Source of the DNA: the human T2T-CHM13v2.0 reference genome, Homo sapiens
Reading direction: 5' to 3' (one strand)
Assembly (NCBI RefSeq): GCF_009914755.1
Contig: NC_060945.1
Length of the DNA: 64,000 nucleotides
Shown: one piece after another, positions 1 through 18,223 of the stretch
How the letters are laid out: each line of letters begins with the position of its first letter
Numbering within the stretch: position 1 is the first letter of the stretch
The notes under the pieces: model-generated
Told to the model about the DNA's origin: nothing
The model's database searches: none
The model's input: only the letters and a program-made list of their open reading frames with translations
Program-made: the position numbers and the translations under genes

Positions 1-1202
1 TAAAATTCTCTTGTTTCAGCCACTGTTATTTTGGTTCTTCTGTTAAATGAGGGTGAAGCTTATTCTAACTGATATATTGCCAGAAAGAATAACTTCAGCT
101 AAAATATAGCCAAATCAGGTTTCTTATTTAAGCATCCACTAACATTTAACTGTTTTTTTGCTTACACCCATGTACTGCAAGTCAACTGATTTAGTTATCA
201 AGACATACATTTTGTAACCAGTTTATTTTTACTCCTTCACCATAAAGTCATTTGCTCAAATCTAAATGTTCTCTGGGTGCTGTTCTGGCTTTGAAAAGGT
301 GACTAAGGTGGACTTCTGATAACACTTGCTTGGCTTTATTTATTTCAGGCAAAAATATTAAACTTTGGTCAAATTTTGATCAATTTCTCATTTATGCATA
401 TGTTGAAATGAGCCTAAAATGTTCTTAAGGGAAAGCTTGGCCCTCTCATCAGTTCACTTTTATGCAGAAGTAGCTACATCTTCTATTCCCAGGTCAGACA
501 GAAAGGCTCTTCAGCTTTTGTTAAAGGATGTTAATTCAGTGCTAACTTTGCTGATGATTAAAACCCATCATTCTGTCTGACAGCAGCACCTGATAATACC
601 TCCAGGCACTTGTCGGGAAGTAGAACATTAATTCACAGCCACTCAGTATCATGCAAAAGTCTGCTGAGAAGAGTAATATTTATGGAGGACAGTTTAAAAG
701 AATATGTAGTCCTTTATTTTCTCAGATGATCTGAAATCCATCCTTAAACAGATAATCACAGGGCTGCTCATTTGAATTCCTTTGTTTTGGTCCCTTGTAC
801 AGTGGCTTTTACTCAGTTATGTTCTGTTATTATGACCTCTGCCTACATTTAAACATATTCTAAGTAACCTCTCTGGGAACTTATAATCATTAGTGTGAAG
901 ATGTTGTTTATTCATTACAGGGCATGTGTCTTCTTTACAAGGTCACATGTGCTGACTTTCTCTTTGATTTCATTATAAAAATATTGTGTATCCACTTAGT
1001 GAATAATTTTTATTGAGCAACTGGTTTATTTTTAGAGACATTGCATTTTTGTGTTGCATATAATTTACTAAGTCCAATGACTATTTTTCTGAAACAAGGG
1101 AAATAAAAATAAATAACTGGGCTTAATGTACCCTTCCCTTTCACGCTTTTACATATTGTCCTCCTTTTTCGTGATCACTATGTCAGTGATTTTCTACCTT
1201 GA

Positions 1203-1550
1203 CTGCTGTGGTCTAAAAGTTTGTGTCCCCCTAAAATTCATATGCCAATCTTAACCTCCAAGGTATCTGAAGGTGGGGAACTTTGGGAGGTGATTAGGTC
1301 ATGGGGGTGGAGACCTCACAAATGGAATTGATACTCATATAAAAAGAGTCAGAGAGAGACTCTTCACCCCTTCCACCATGTGAGGATGTTGTGCAAAGAT
1401 GCAGTTTCTGAACTAGGAAGCAGACCCCCATCAATACAAAATCTGCCAACATCTCGCTCTTGGACTGGCCAGCCTCCAGAAATACATTTCTGTAGTTTAA
1501 AAACCACAGAGTTTATTGTATTTTGTTGTAGCAGCCCAAATGAACTAAGG
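1203..1550 (+). mobile_element. MaLR solo LTR (MLT1A-like)
   Basis: tgctgtggtct...tgtgtccccctaaaattcatatg start and ttgtagcagcccaaatgaactaag end. Confidence 0.75.
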
Positions 1551-2037
1551 AACTGGCTTATGGCTTTGTCTCTTTGGGGTAAAGGTAAAGAAGGATATTT
1601 GGATCATCCCATTTTTCTTAGGATCATCCCATTTTTTTTTTTTTTTAGAATGTAAAAGTTATGCTGAGCTTTTAGGAAAAACAACTTCAAAACTGAAGTC
1701 CTTCAGAATGATTAAGAGAAATTAGAATTTCTAGTTTATATTTTAGGCAATTTATTTAGAGTTGGGGTCTTGTTCTGTTGCCCAGGTTATTTTAAAAAAT
1801 CTGTTTAAACTTATCATTTTAATACACTTACTTTTTAATAGATAATACATTTATGCAGCTCTAAATCTAAAAGAATAAAAAAGGTATGCAATGTAGTCTT
1901 TCCGAACTCATGTCCTAGCCCCTTAGTTGTCTTCCTTGGAAGCTGCCAAGGTTATGTTTCTTTTGTAGCCATATATTTTGGTGTATTTTTTTGTAAATAA
2001 AAATACGTATAAACTCTTTTTTTTCTGATTTGTCTTC

Positions 2038-2169
2038 TTTTTGAGATAGGGTCTCACTCTGTCACCCAGGCTGGAGTGCAGCAGTGCAGTCATAGCTCAT
2101 TGTAGCTTCGAACTCCTGGACTCAAGTGATCCTCCCACCTTGGCCTCCCAGAATACTGAGATTACAGAC
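2038..2169 (-). mobile_element. Alu monomer (FLAM-like)
   Basis: Single Alu arm flanked by ttttttctgattt repeats. Confidence 0.8.
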
Positions 2170-3895
2170 ATTTTTTTCTGATTTTTTAATTGTAAAATAC
2201 TGATCACATTGTGCTGTCATTTTCATTTGTCACAAACTGTATATTATGAAGCTTTCTCCATATCGAAGGGGATAAAGTCCTTCCTTATTCTTTGCTCTGA
2301 TCACCAAGTACTCTATGGCTATACTTTACTTAACCAGTTCCCTATTCACATCATTCTTGTTGCTTCTAATTCTTTTTAAAAATTGTTATTACAAACAATA
2401 CTTTATTGGCTAACCTTTTACAGAGCCAAGTTTCCAGTATGATAAAGCCCTATAAGTTTAACTTTTGGCTCACATTTTACTGGATTTTAGGTTTTGATGG
2501 GTATTGCCAACTTGCTGTCCATAGAAGTAGCACTATTTTACAATCTCCTGGCTATTTTTGTATTGCTTTTTAAATGAGGCCTTCAAAGCTTCAAATTACT
2601 TTATGTCATTTGAGTGCTGTACAGCATCATAGATGGTTTTGCCCTCAAGAACTAACATTCAAAAGAAATCAATTTTTTTCCAAGCACATACATATTTTTT
2701 AATGGGCTGTTTTGCTTATTGTAATCTATTTGTCCATATTTCTTTGCGAAAGAGTGAGTGTAATGAATCAGGCAGACATAGCTAGAAAGGTAGTTAACAA
2801 ATGACATTCCTCCCTTGCCTCAGGGCCCATCGTGTTGTCATAGATGGCTCTTGTCCCTGGATTTAGACAGGCTGGCAGCTGCCTATTACCCCATCCATAA
2901 CACCGTGCAGGAGATGAGGGTGGAGAGAGATGAGCTGGAAGTCTGGTGGCTAAAAGCAGAAGATTAAACACACCCTTGCTCAGGAAAACTTTCCAAACTA
3001 CACATTACTCTTGACTTAAAAAAAAATGAACAAAATATATCACCCAAAAAATCCTGTCCTCAAGAAGGAGTCTGATGTGAAAGAATAAAACGTCGATTTA
3101 TGAATAGCATGCTATGCATCACCTGGCAAAGGCCTGAAGAATCCTCTAGTCTCACGAGGTGGGCCAGCAACGTGGATCTGTCTCCAAATGACTGTAAACT
3201 TGTTTCTGCCTGTCTCACTTTACCTGTGAAATAAATGGACGAATACATTTTTCTCTTTGTCAGAATGGCATCACAGATTGCTCAGATGCTTTTCCCTGGA
3301 ATCACACAGTCAAAATGTGGCCAAAACTGAACAGGAAGCTGAGACCCGCCCCCAAACAGGGCTCAGAACACAGCTCTCACTCTCATTCTGGGAAGTCCAA
3401 ATTCTGCCTCACACTCAAGGCCCTTACTCCAGAAGCTGGCCCCACACTGTTATTCTGGTTTATTCCCAGATTAATCCTTCCCACAGAATCCACACTCCAA
3501 GGCAATGGAATTATATGCTTATCTGGAAACACGCTCTATTCTTTTCCACCTCATGCCTTTATGCTCTTTCTGTGCCTGTACGTTTCTCTTCACCATGTCT
3601 ATTCATCAAAATCCTAGTTGTAGAATAACTAGAATTGTAGAATAATCAGTAGTTGTAGAAGAAAACTTTCCTTAAGTTTTCCCTAACTATGCTTCAACAA
3701 ATTCTATGTAATCTCTTCCCTGGGTCAAACACATATTATATTTTCTGGTACTTCTCACCCAGAATTCCAGGCAGTTATTCATGTTTTTTATGAATTTGAC
3801 TCTTTCATTCCCCTGCATTGGATTATAAACCCTTTTATGACACATACCATCAACCTTATATCCATTGCAGTGCCTGGCTCACTTCTGAGGCTTAA

Positions 3896-3928
3896 ACACA
3901 CACACACACACACACTCACACACACACT
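3896..3928. repeat. (CA)n microsatellite, interrupted
   Basis: Read directly from the sequence. Confidence 0.9.
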
Positions 3929-4089
3929 CCTACATGTGTTTAATATATGGATAAAAAGAATTTTGATGGAAGTAAATGACTGAATGAATCAATATGTGTT
4001 TCTTCAGTAGGTCAAATGGTGAAGGACATTAATCGTAATTGATACTACATATTTGCAGCTGGAAACTCTTGTTTGTTTCATGCATAAGC

Positions 4090-4256
4090 CAGTGGTTCTT
4101 AGTGACATCAGAATCACCTTGGTAGCTTGGTAAAATACAGGTCGTTAGGCCTCATCCCCAGAATTTGATTTGATAGATCTGAGATTGTACTTTTCTAACA
4201 AATTCCCAGGGGGTGTTGATGCTGCAGGTTCAGCCACCAGATTTTGAGAGCCGTTG
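4090..4256. mobile_element. MER5A-like hAT DNA transposon fossil
   Basis: cagtggttct...catcagaatcacct...ttctaacaaattcccagg...gatgctgc...tttgaga. Confidence 0.7.
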
Positions 4257-4844
4257 TGATTGTATAGCAGTCTATTGTAATTGTGTGTGTGCTAACAGGA
4301 TTGTTGCCAAGTCACTTTTGTTTAATTAGCTCTGATCTGTTTACCCAGGAGGATGTTTGATAGACCTCAGGAACAGATCCGACTCTGCCAATGTATCAAT
4401 GGACTGTGATTGACAGGAAGACCAGCCTTCATGGCTGGCATTGTTTGGAAATTGTTGCTCCCTTGAACCTGTGATGGAATCCAAAAAAAATTCTTTCATC
4501 ATGGTCCTTAACTCTCAGAGGAAGAAGAGTAGCACCTGCAGCTCAGCCGCTATTTGGACTTCAGTACTCTGCTGTGATAATGCCTGGGATAGCGAAAACC
4601 ACATACAGCTCAGGCGCTGTGCTGATATAAAACCTGTGCAGTCCCGATGCCTAGATTTCAAAAGGCTGGGGTCATTAGAACATAATTTGTGGATCATCAT
4701 GGAAAATAAAAATGAGGGGAAAATAATAGTTATAATTAAATTATAAATAATTAAAAAATATCTAATTTATAATTAATTTATAAAGAATATATTTATAAAA
4801 TAAATACATTATAATTAAAATCATAATAAAAACATGATTAAGAA

Positions 4845-4940
4845 TTTCAAGATGGCAACAGGAGAACGTTAAGCATGGGGCCTACTGAGCACAGGACTCT
4901 GTGTGGCTGCCCAGGTTGCGTTCCATGAATTTGCTCTGAA
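4845..4940. mobile_element. MER91-like hAT fossil next to an AT-rich low-complexity tract (4720-4840)
   Basis: caagatggcaac...gggcct.ctgagcacagg...ctgtgtggctgcccaggttgc pattern, recalled from the MER91 consensus. Confidence 0.45.
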
Positions 4941-5472
4941 CTTGGCTGTGTAGGGCTTTCAGCCATTCTGGAAGAGACAGTAGATGGCAGGGAAAGGGAC
5001 TGGGCAAAGGCAGGAGGAGTTGGATGGTGCATGAGTAGAGAGAGAAGGAGGAAGATGGTGTTAAAGATGGCTTTCCTGGCTCTTCTTTCTCTCCACATTG
5101 TGAGAGTGTTGCTTTTTTGGGGTGGGGTAGGAGGGTGCCTCAACATCTGGTGTCTGAACCTGTAGCATCAGCATCAGCTGGGAATTTGGGAGTTTCCTGG
5201 AACACAAAGCAGGAAACACCCCCTGAAGTTTTGGCATGTCGCTCAGCACATGGGGGATATGATGGTTTAAGAAAGAATGACAAGGACAAGGACACTGACA
5301 ACACCCCCATTTGTCCCAAAGCAATGAAGAGCACTTGACAAGCTCCAGGCTGCCCGAGAGCAGCAAGGCCCCCCTAGGTAGGGTACCAGAACTTGGAATC
5401 ACTCTTGTTCTCTTCCTTTAGTGTGTCTTCTTCTTCAACTTCTCTTTAACTTTTCAAAAAATAAATTATATC

Positions 5473-5796
<324 letters not shown>

Positions 5797-6155
5797 TTAT
5801 ATCTCTTATTTTTCTGTGGAAAATTTTTTTCTTGAAAAATTGTATTTATTTTAAAAAATAAAGGAATCCCTGGCTTCTGCATTAAGTGCTTAGTAGATGA
5901 CAAGCTCCTCAGGGCCCAAGATCCACCTCATTCATCTTTGTGTCCTTGTTCACAGGACACAAAGTGGTACGCACATGTTGAAACACTGAATGGAATTGCT
6001 TTTTGCATTCGCTCAGAAGCTTCAAATTCTCTCCGCATTGTTGAGCACAGTGAGCGCAGGGTTATTGTTTAAATATTAAAAGAGAACACAGCTAATTTGA
6101 AGCACACATTTGGGTTCTGGACTATGGTTATGCCAGCTTCATTATGAAGTTTTTC

Positions 6156-6190
6156 ATCACTTTTTGGCCTTTTGGCTAAGATTGAATGTA
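6156..6190 (+). pseudogene. 3'-truncated (35 nt) U2 snRNA retropseudogene with target-site duplication
   Basis: atcactttttggccttttggctaagattgaatgta matches U2 nt 1-35 at 29/35. Flanked by attatgaagtttttc (6141-6155) and attatgttgtttttc (6190-6204). Confidence 0.85.
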
Positions 6191-6404
6191 TTATGTTGTT
6201 TTTCTTGTTAGGATAAAACCTTTTGCTGGATTATATATCCAGAAATTTTTTAAGGCTTTTGAGGAGATTTAATTTGATACACAGCTGCATGCTCTAGGTA
6301 AGTCAATTAACACGTCTGGATCTTATTTTCCTCATGCATTAATGTAACATCTAATTGAGCAATCCATGTACTGACACCCATTTACGAGTCAGGATCATAA
6401 CACC

Positions 6405-6770
6405 CACTATTTTAGCTTGAACGGCTGTAACCAAGTACCATAGACTGGCGGGGCTTCTAAACAACAAATTTATGTCCCACGGTTCTGGAGGCTGGAAGTT
6501 GAGATCAGGGTGCCATCAAGGCGGCGTTCCAGCGAGGATGCTCTTCTGGGTTACAGACTGCCAACTTCTGGCTGTATCCTCACATGGCAGAAAGAGGAGA
6601 GAGCTCTCTGGGGTCATTTTTATAAGGGCACTATTCTTATTCATAAGGGCTCCACCCTCATGACCTAATCACCTCCCAAAGGCCCTACCTCCTAATACAA
6701 CCATATCAAGGATTAGGATTTCAACATAAGAATTTTGGAGAGTGGGTCACAAACATTCAGTCCATTGCAA
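6405..6770 (-). mobile_element. MaLR solo LTR (MLT1A-like)
   Basis: cacggttctggaggctggaagttgagatcagggtgcca...ccctcatgacctaatcacctcccaaagg. Confidence 0.75.
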
Positions 6771-9349
6771 TACATTGGCAAACGGTTCTTGTCGTCTTAT
6801 CAACTAGTGCTCATGGACATGTAAAAAATAATAATGCAATTGCGGCACATAGCAAAAGAGCTCTGGGAAGAAGGGCTCTGGAACATAGAGGAGGAGCCCC
6901 TGCTCTCTGCCTGGGGAGCTGAGACAGATTCCACAAAGACGGTGCACCTGAAAAGCGAGTGTCTCCAGAAGTGGTGGATGGGCTCCCTGAAAACAGCTTC
7001 ACACTGCTTCTTCTGAGCGTGTTGGTCAGAATGGAAGAATCTCTAATGTCCCCTCCAGACCTGGTGAATGAAAATACTGGGATTTAGGAGATGGCCTAAG
7101 AAATGTTTGGGAGCAGCACATGTTTCTATTTCTCTGCTTTTTTTTTTTTTCCTTACAGATGCTTGGTTGTCTCCCATTTCAAGACATGTCTGTTTTGACT
7201 GCATAGTTACATTTGTTGTGGTGAGCAGACTGCTCATTAATATTTTAATTAAGGAACACAATTTCTGTCCTCACTGTCCCCATATACTAGTTTCTGCTTT
7301 TTTTCCACTTTCTTTAAAGAAAAAATTCTTGGAAAAGCTTTGTTTTATAGAACTCTCTTGAGCAAGAGCAAATTTGTTTTCTCCGCAAAATTAAAGGTGA
7401 GCTATCTTGGAAACATATAGACCTTTCCATATCTCTGATTTCCTGAATTTCTAGTGAGATTCCCTTGTCTTCTGATGAAAATATTTGCTGGTAGTCATTT
7501 GTAATGCAAACAGCTTCCCTAACAATCTCTCTAGAGGGTGGAAGGGAATCTGTTTCTAAAGAAACCATGTGACATTGAGGACTTCTATGACTGTTACAAT
7601 TTTAAGAAAATTTTAATTTGACCTTTTTTAAAGAAAAAAATTAGGTGTAAAGTTTAATCCTTCCAATTCTTCAGAGTCTGAGAACTTGTTAAAGAGGGAG
7701 GCTCCCTAAGATCTAGAATTCTTGAAATGAATGTCCATAACCTTGAACAACTTTTCTATGTTCTCAAAATCGCTACAACAGAACCCCTGAAGGACTTGAA
7801 CTTCTGTGAACTTGAAAACAGCAAGTTCTTAGAACCTCAAGTTCTCTGTCTACCAAATTAAAACATTAATTCCCATCTCATGATGACATTGCTTCCATTT
7901 TATTCCCTCAATATTATTTTGAATATTAGGGAGTGGGTGGGTAGGTCTGGGAATATCACAGGGATGGGTTTATTGTTTGTTTCCGTAACATGACACATGC
8001 AATGGTGGAGAGCTTGTGTCATTATCAAAGAAAGCAAGAAAACTACTGAGTTCTGTACTTTCCTATTTGGTACAAAGATGCTGTGGACTTCGTCTGCCAA
8101 ATTCTGCTCCCATTTTGGGAGAAGGAGTGGGTTGGAAAAACCATAGAAATAGGTTTGATGGGAGGCAAACACTCTCAGTGTCCCCAAGAACCATCATTGG
8201 TCACCCCCCAAATGGGGCAAAGACTGATTTTTGTCTATTTTATAGCATTGCTCTGCCTCCCTCCTTCCTCACTGCCTCCCCCTGAAAAATTTGAAGCACA
8301 TGTTGCTGAAAAAATGATGCTGCCAACACTCCACAGTCTCAGGAACACTGAGAATGTTGAAATATTTGAGTTTGATACTCTCCTCTGCATGTTTGTCCAT
8401 GGATTTAAAAAAATCCGTAGTTACTGAAACAGGTTTCATTTGGCAACTCTTACAACTCCTAGGCTACTATTGTCCTGTCAACTTACTTTCCCCCATGTGG
8501 AAACTATTTCTTTCAAATACTCCTTTTATTGCTAAACTAAAGGCAAAACAAAAATGAACTAGGATGACAAATTCTTAAGAAATGTTTCACTATTTTATTT
8601 GCTTACTCAGAATAAGGTACAATCATTCACATAAAAAAAATCTTCCTACTCAGCAGAATTTGCTTTTGTTTTCCTCCCTGTAATTTACTGCCTGGTTAGG
8701 GTTTAATAGCACAATATACTCTCATTCACTGTCCCCATAAAATCTGCAGGCAGAGAAACAGCTACAGTCGGATATGTTCCCGCTCTGGGTTAAGAAATGG
8801 AATACTGAAGTTGAATCTTGGTGGAAGTGGAGCTATGAAATTATAAGGCAAATTGACTTTACAGGCATTTTTGCTGAGAATAGGGTGCTAGACACTCAAG
8901 CTCTGCAAACCTCCTGGGGCCTGTCTCATTCAGCACACTCCACTGCTTTCACTCGGTTTAATTTCTGAATATTATTTGTGTTGATTGTTAATGTCACGTG
9001 ATACAATATTGCAAGAGTTATGATTGAGTTGAACAGTGTTTCTAGAGCTTACTCAAAGAAGAGAAAACACTCTTGGATACCAGTGGGGTTAAGTATACAG
9101 TGATTTCAGCATAGTTTTTTTTTTTAAATTATACTTTTAGTTCTGGAACACATGTGCAGAATGTACAGGTTTGTTACATAGGTATACACGTGCCATGGTG
9201 GTTTGCTGCACCCATCGACCTCATCATCTACATTAGCTATTTCTCCTAATGCTATCCCTCCCCTAGCTCCCCACCCTCTGACAGGCCCTGGTGTGTGATG
9301 TTCCCCTCCCTGTGTCTATGTGTTCTCATTGTTCAACTCCCACTTAGGA

Positions 9350-13148
<3,799 letters not shown>

Positions 13149-13211
13149 TATGATGCTAGCTGGTTATTTTGCCCGTTAGTTGATGCAGTTTCTTCATAGT
13201 GTCAATGGTCT

Positions 13212-14240
13212 TTACAATTTGGTATGTTTTTGCAGTAGCTGGTACCGGTTTTTCCTTTCCATATTTAGCGCTTCCTTTAGGAGCTCCTGTAAGGCAGGCC
13301 AGGTGGTGACAAAATATTTCAGCATTTGCTTGTCTGTAAAGGATTTTATTTCTCCTTCACTTATGAAGCTTAGTTTGGCTGGATATGAAATTCTGGGTTG
13401 AAAATTCTTTTCTTTAAGAATGTTGAATATTGGCCCCCACTCTCTTCTGGCTTGTAGGGTTTCTGCAGAGAAATCCGCTGTTAGTCTGATGGGCTTCCCT
13501 TTGTGGGCAACCTGACCTTTCTCTCTGGCTACCCTTAACATTTTTTCCTTCATCTCAACCTTGGTGAATCTGATAATTATGTGTCTTGGGGTTGCTCTTC
13601 TCGAGGAGTATCTTTGTGGTGTTCTCTGTATATCCTGAATTTGAATGTTGGCCTGCCTTGCTAGGTTGAGGAAGTTCTCCTGGATAATATCCTGAAGAGT
13701 GTTTTCCAACTTGGTTCCATTTTCCCCGTCACTTTCAGGTACACCAATCAAATGTAGGTTTGGTCTTTTCACATAGTCCCATATTTCTTGGAGTCTTTGT
13801 TCGTTCCTTTTCATTCCTTTTTCTCTAATCTTGTCTTCACACTTTATTTCATTAAGTTGATCTTCAGTCTCATATCTTTTCTTCTGCTTGATGGATTTGG
13901 CTATTGATACTTGTGTATGCTCACAAAGTTCTCGTGCTGTGTTTTTCAGGTCCATCACGTCATTTATGTTCTTCTCTTAACTGGTTATTCTAGTTAGCGA
14001 TTCCTCTAACCTTTTTTCAAGGTTCTCAGCTTCCTTGCATTGGGTTAGAACATGCTCCTTTAGCTTGGAGGAGTTTGTTATTACCCACCTTCTGAAGCCT
14101 ACTTCTGTCAATTCGTCAAACTCATTCTCTGTCCAGTTTTGTTCCTTTGCTAGAGAGGAGTTGTGATCCTTTGGAGGAGAAGAGGCGTTCTGGTTTTTGG
14201 AATTTTCAGCCTTTTTGCACTGGTTTTTCCTCATCTTCAT
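13212..14240 (-). pseudogene. L1 ORF1p remnant (frameshifted)
   Basis: YPAKLSF, RSSRR-like and QEIWDYVKRPNL motifs split over several frames. Confidence 0.9.
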
Positions 14241-16793
14241 GGATTTATCTACCTTTGGTCTTTAATGTTGGTGACCTTCAGATGGGGTTTCCGTGTGGAT
14301 GTCCTTTTTGTTGATGCTATTCCTTTCTGTTTGTTAGTTTTCCTTTTAACAGTCAGCCCCTCTGCTGCAGGTCTGCTGGAGTTTGCTGGGGGTCCACTCC
14401 AGACCCTGTTTGCCTGGGTATCACCAGCAGAGGCTGCAGAAGAGCAAAGATTGCTGCCTGCTTCTTCCTCTGGAAGCACTGTCCCAGAGGGGCACCCGCC
14501 AGATACCAGCCGGAGCTCTCCTGTATGAGGTGTCTGTCTTCCCCTGCTGGGAGGTGTCTTCCAGTCAGGAGGCAAAGGGGTCAGGGACCCACTTGAGGAG
14601 GGCATCTGTTCCTTAGCAGAGCTCGAGCACTGTGCTGGGAGGTCCGCCGCTTTCTTGAGAGCCAGCAGGCAGTAACGTTTAAGTCTGCTGAAGCTGTGCC
14701 CACAGCCGCCCCTTCCCCCAGATGCTCTGTCCCAGGGAGATGGGAGTTTTATTTATAAGCTCCTGACTGGGGCTGCTGCCTTTCTTTCGAGATGCCCTGC
14801 TCAGAGAGGAGGAATCTAGAGAGGCAGGCTGGCAGTATCAGCTTTGCCGAGATGTGGTGGGCTCCGCCCAGTTTGAACTTCTGAGAGGCTTTGTTTACAC
14901 TATGAGGGGAAAACCACCTACTGAACCCTCAGTAATGGCAGACGCCCCTCCCTCCACCAAGCTCTAGTGTCCCAGGTCGACTTCAGACTGCTGTGCTGGC
15001 AGCGAGAATTTCAAGCCAGTGGATCTTAGCTTGCTGGGCTCTGTGGGAGTGGGATCTGCTAACCTAGACCACTTGGCTTCCTGGTTTCAGCCCCCTTTCC
15101 AGGGGAGCGAATGGTTCTGCCTCGCTGGCATTCCAGATGCCACTGGGGTATGAAAAACTACTCCTGCAGCTAGCTTGGTGTCTGCCCAAACGGCCGCCCA
15201 GTTTTGTGCTTGAAACCCTGGGGCCTGGTGGTATAGGTACCAGAGGGAATCTCCTGGTCTTCAGGTTGCGAAGATCATGGGGAAAGCGTAGCATCTGGGC
15301 CAGAGTGCACCGTTACTCATGGTACAGTCCTTCATGACTTCCTGTGGCTAGGGGAGGGAGTTCCCCGACCCGTTGCACTTCCCAGCTGAGGTGATGCCCC
15401 ACCCTGCTTCAGCTCGCCCTCCGTGGGCTGCACCCACTGTCTAACTAGTCTTAATGAGATGAGCCGTGTACCTCAGTTGGAAATGCAGAAATCACCTGCC
15501 TTCTGCACTGATCTCTCTGGGAGCTGCAGACCAGAGCTGTTCCTGTTTGGCCATCTTGCCAGCCACTCCTGTTGTCTGTTTTTTAAGAGGAGCATTTTAC
15601 ACTTTGTTGGTAATGAATAGAATGGGGTGCAGAATCATTGAATTATGGGAGGCATCTGTTTATGTGCCTGTTATAAAATAGGAGTTTTTATGACCCAGGG
15701 ATAGATTGATGAATAGGCCTTTGAATGATAGCTGAAGAAACAGCACTTTTATAGTCTCCTACTTTTTAAACTAAAAGATCATCTATGAACAGCAAATTCG
15801 ATCTATGATCTGGTTCATTTAATTAATATCACATGACTATTTGAATGTATAATTTCTCCTTTCATATAGATAACTCTTAAGCACAAGAGCAGCTTGCAAG
15901 GCAAATTTGCTGATGCTTAAAAACCCAAACAAATGGGGTAAGTCATAAGAGGCGATAAGAACAGTACATTTTGTCAATAGATACTAGACTTACTGAAAGT
16001 TGGAGCAAGACTCTGGTAGCCAGAAGGGCTGTCTCAAATCCCAGCTCCACCCCTTATAATAGAATAATTTCGTCAATGCAAATGTGTGCCTTCGTTTCCC
16101 ATCTGTAAAGTAATAGTTCCCACTTTTTAGGTTTGTTAAGAGGATGAACTCATTTAATGATTGTAAAGTATTAGAACAACTCATGGCACTTGGTGGTTTT
16201 TGTATAGCATTTTATTATTATGTATTATTATTATTTATTCCCATGTCCTTTGGACTTTTAGTCTAGTTGCTCCTTCTTTTGTACTACTGCCACCCAGAAA
16301 AGCAAAAAAAGAACCTAATATGCTGGCTCAAATACATCATTTTGGCAAATGTATGTACGTATGTATGTATGTGTGTATGTCTACATATGGGCAGTCTCAC
16401 TTCACAGAAATGTCTCTGCCTCCCTTCATTGAGGAGGGGCCATTTAGACCATTGTAGATGGCTCCCAAGTAATCTCTCCTTAGCGACCACTCTCACCACA
16501 CTGTCCCAAAGTGACCTCTCATTGAAATGTTGAAGCCTCTACTAGTGAAAGTTTCAAGATCACTGGTGCTATAGTTAGCAGTTTAAAACCTTCTCAAAGA
16601 AATGTCTCTACAGGATAGCTTATTACAGGCTCTGTTTACACAAACCATCTGTGGGGGACTTTGGAATTTGGTAACTCATCAGTAGTTATAATGATCACAA
16701 TCACCAGCCCCAAGACCAGGAAAACACCTCCAGAAGCTGTACATTTTTGCAAGTGACACAAGGTATTCATCATTGATCACAATCAGCATTGGA

Positions 16794-16799
16794 TTTATT
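16794..16799 (-). terminator. Candidate poly(A) signal for the downstream non-coding transcript
   Basis: AATAAA on the minus strand in unique sequence; position agrees with the recalled extent of the overlapping lncRNA. Confidence 0.35.
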
Positions 16800-17755
16800 G
16801 TTTTAGTTTTCAAGAATCTTACTCTGTTCTGAAAACCATGAAGTTTCCTCACTTAAAAGCCAAAATGTAAATGTGTGACATGTATTTTTCCCCAAGGCAA
16901 GTGAGTCACTGCAGATGCAGTGACAAGCTATCCTTCAGTTTGATAGTTGATCAGTGAACTGGATGTAAAACTGCAGCAAGTCTGCAATATGAGGAAATTA
17001 GATAAGCAAGATTATCTCTAAAATAAACCTCTACTTTAAAAAATAATCTATTACTCCAGCCAAAGTACACAGGGACTGAGATGATTTGGGGGACAACATT
17101 AATAGATCATAGATGATTGATTCAATGTGAGAAGGAATAGAACTAAGGGTTAGAATTAAGGATTAAAACAGTCAGTGCAATGATTAAATACACAGGCATA
17201 CGAGTTAAACTACCCGGGTTCACCCCTCTAATAGTATGACGGGCTAGGTTCTTAAATTCTCTGCACCTGTTTCCTCATCTGTAGAATGGAGATAATTGTA
17301 CCTACCTCATAAAGAAATTGTGAAAACTAAATGTGATGATGTCTATAAAACTTAAGAACAATGCTTGCCTTTGAGTAAAACTCCACAAATGCTAGATAGT
17401 ATTTTATCACTTATAATAACTAATGATTTCAAACTGCTAACATTTGAAACTTTGATGATCAAGGATCAAGAATTTGTGAATACTAATGATAGTATTTATT
17501 TTAGCAATTTAAAGTAGCTTCTTTCAACTTGCTAACATTTGAAACTCTAAGGATCAATGATTTGATGAAGGATCAAGGATTTCTCAATTTGGGAGCCATT
17601 ATATGATTTTTTTTCTTAGTAAAAGCATTTCCATTTATATTTTGTTTCAAGCACTGTGTTATGATTGGATAGTCTTAATTGATAATATTTGTTATTTGTT
17701 TTCTTTCAATGAGTAAGCTTTCAATGAGTAAGACCTAAGAATAACAAAGATTTAA

Positions 17756-18223
<468 letters not shown>

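Noticed and set aside
1601-1650. 20-bp tandem duplication ggatcatcccattttt, and the ttgtagaa repeats at 3618-3660
   Set aside because: Simple slippage duplications with no repeat-spacer architecture; nothing CRISPR-like.
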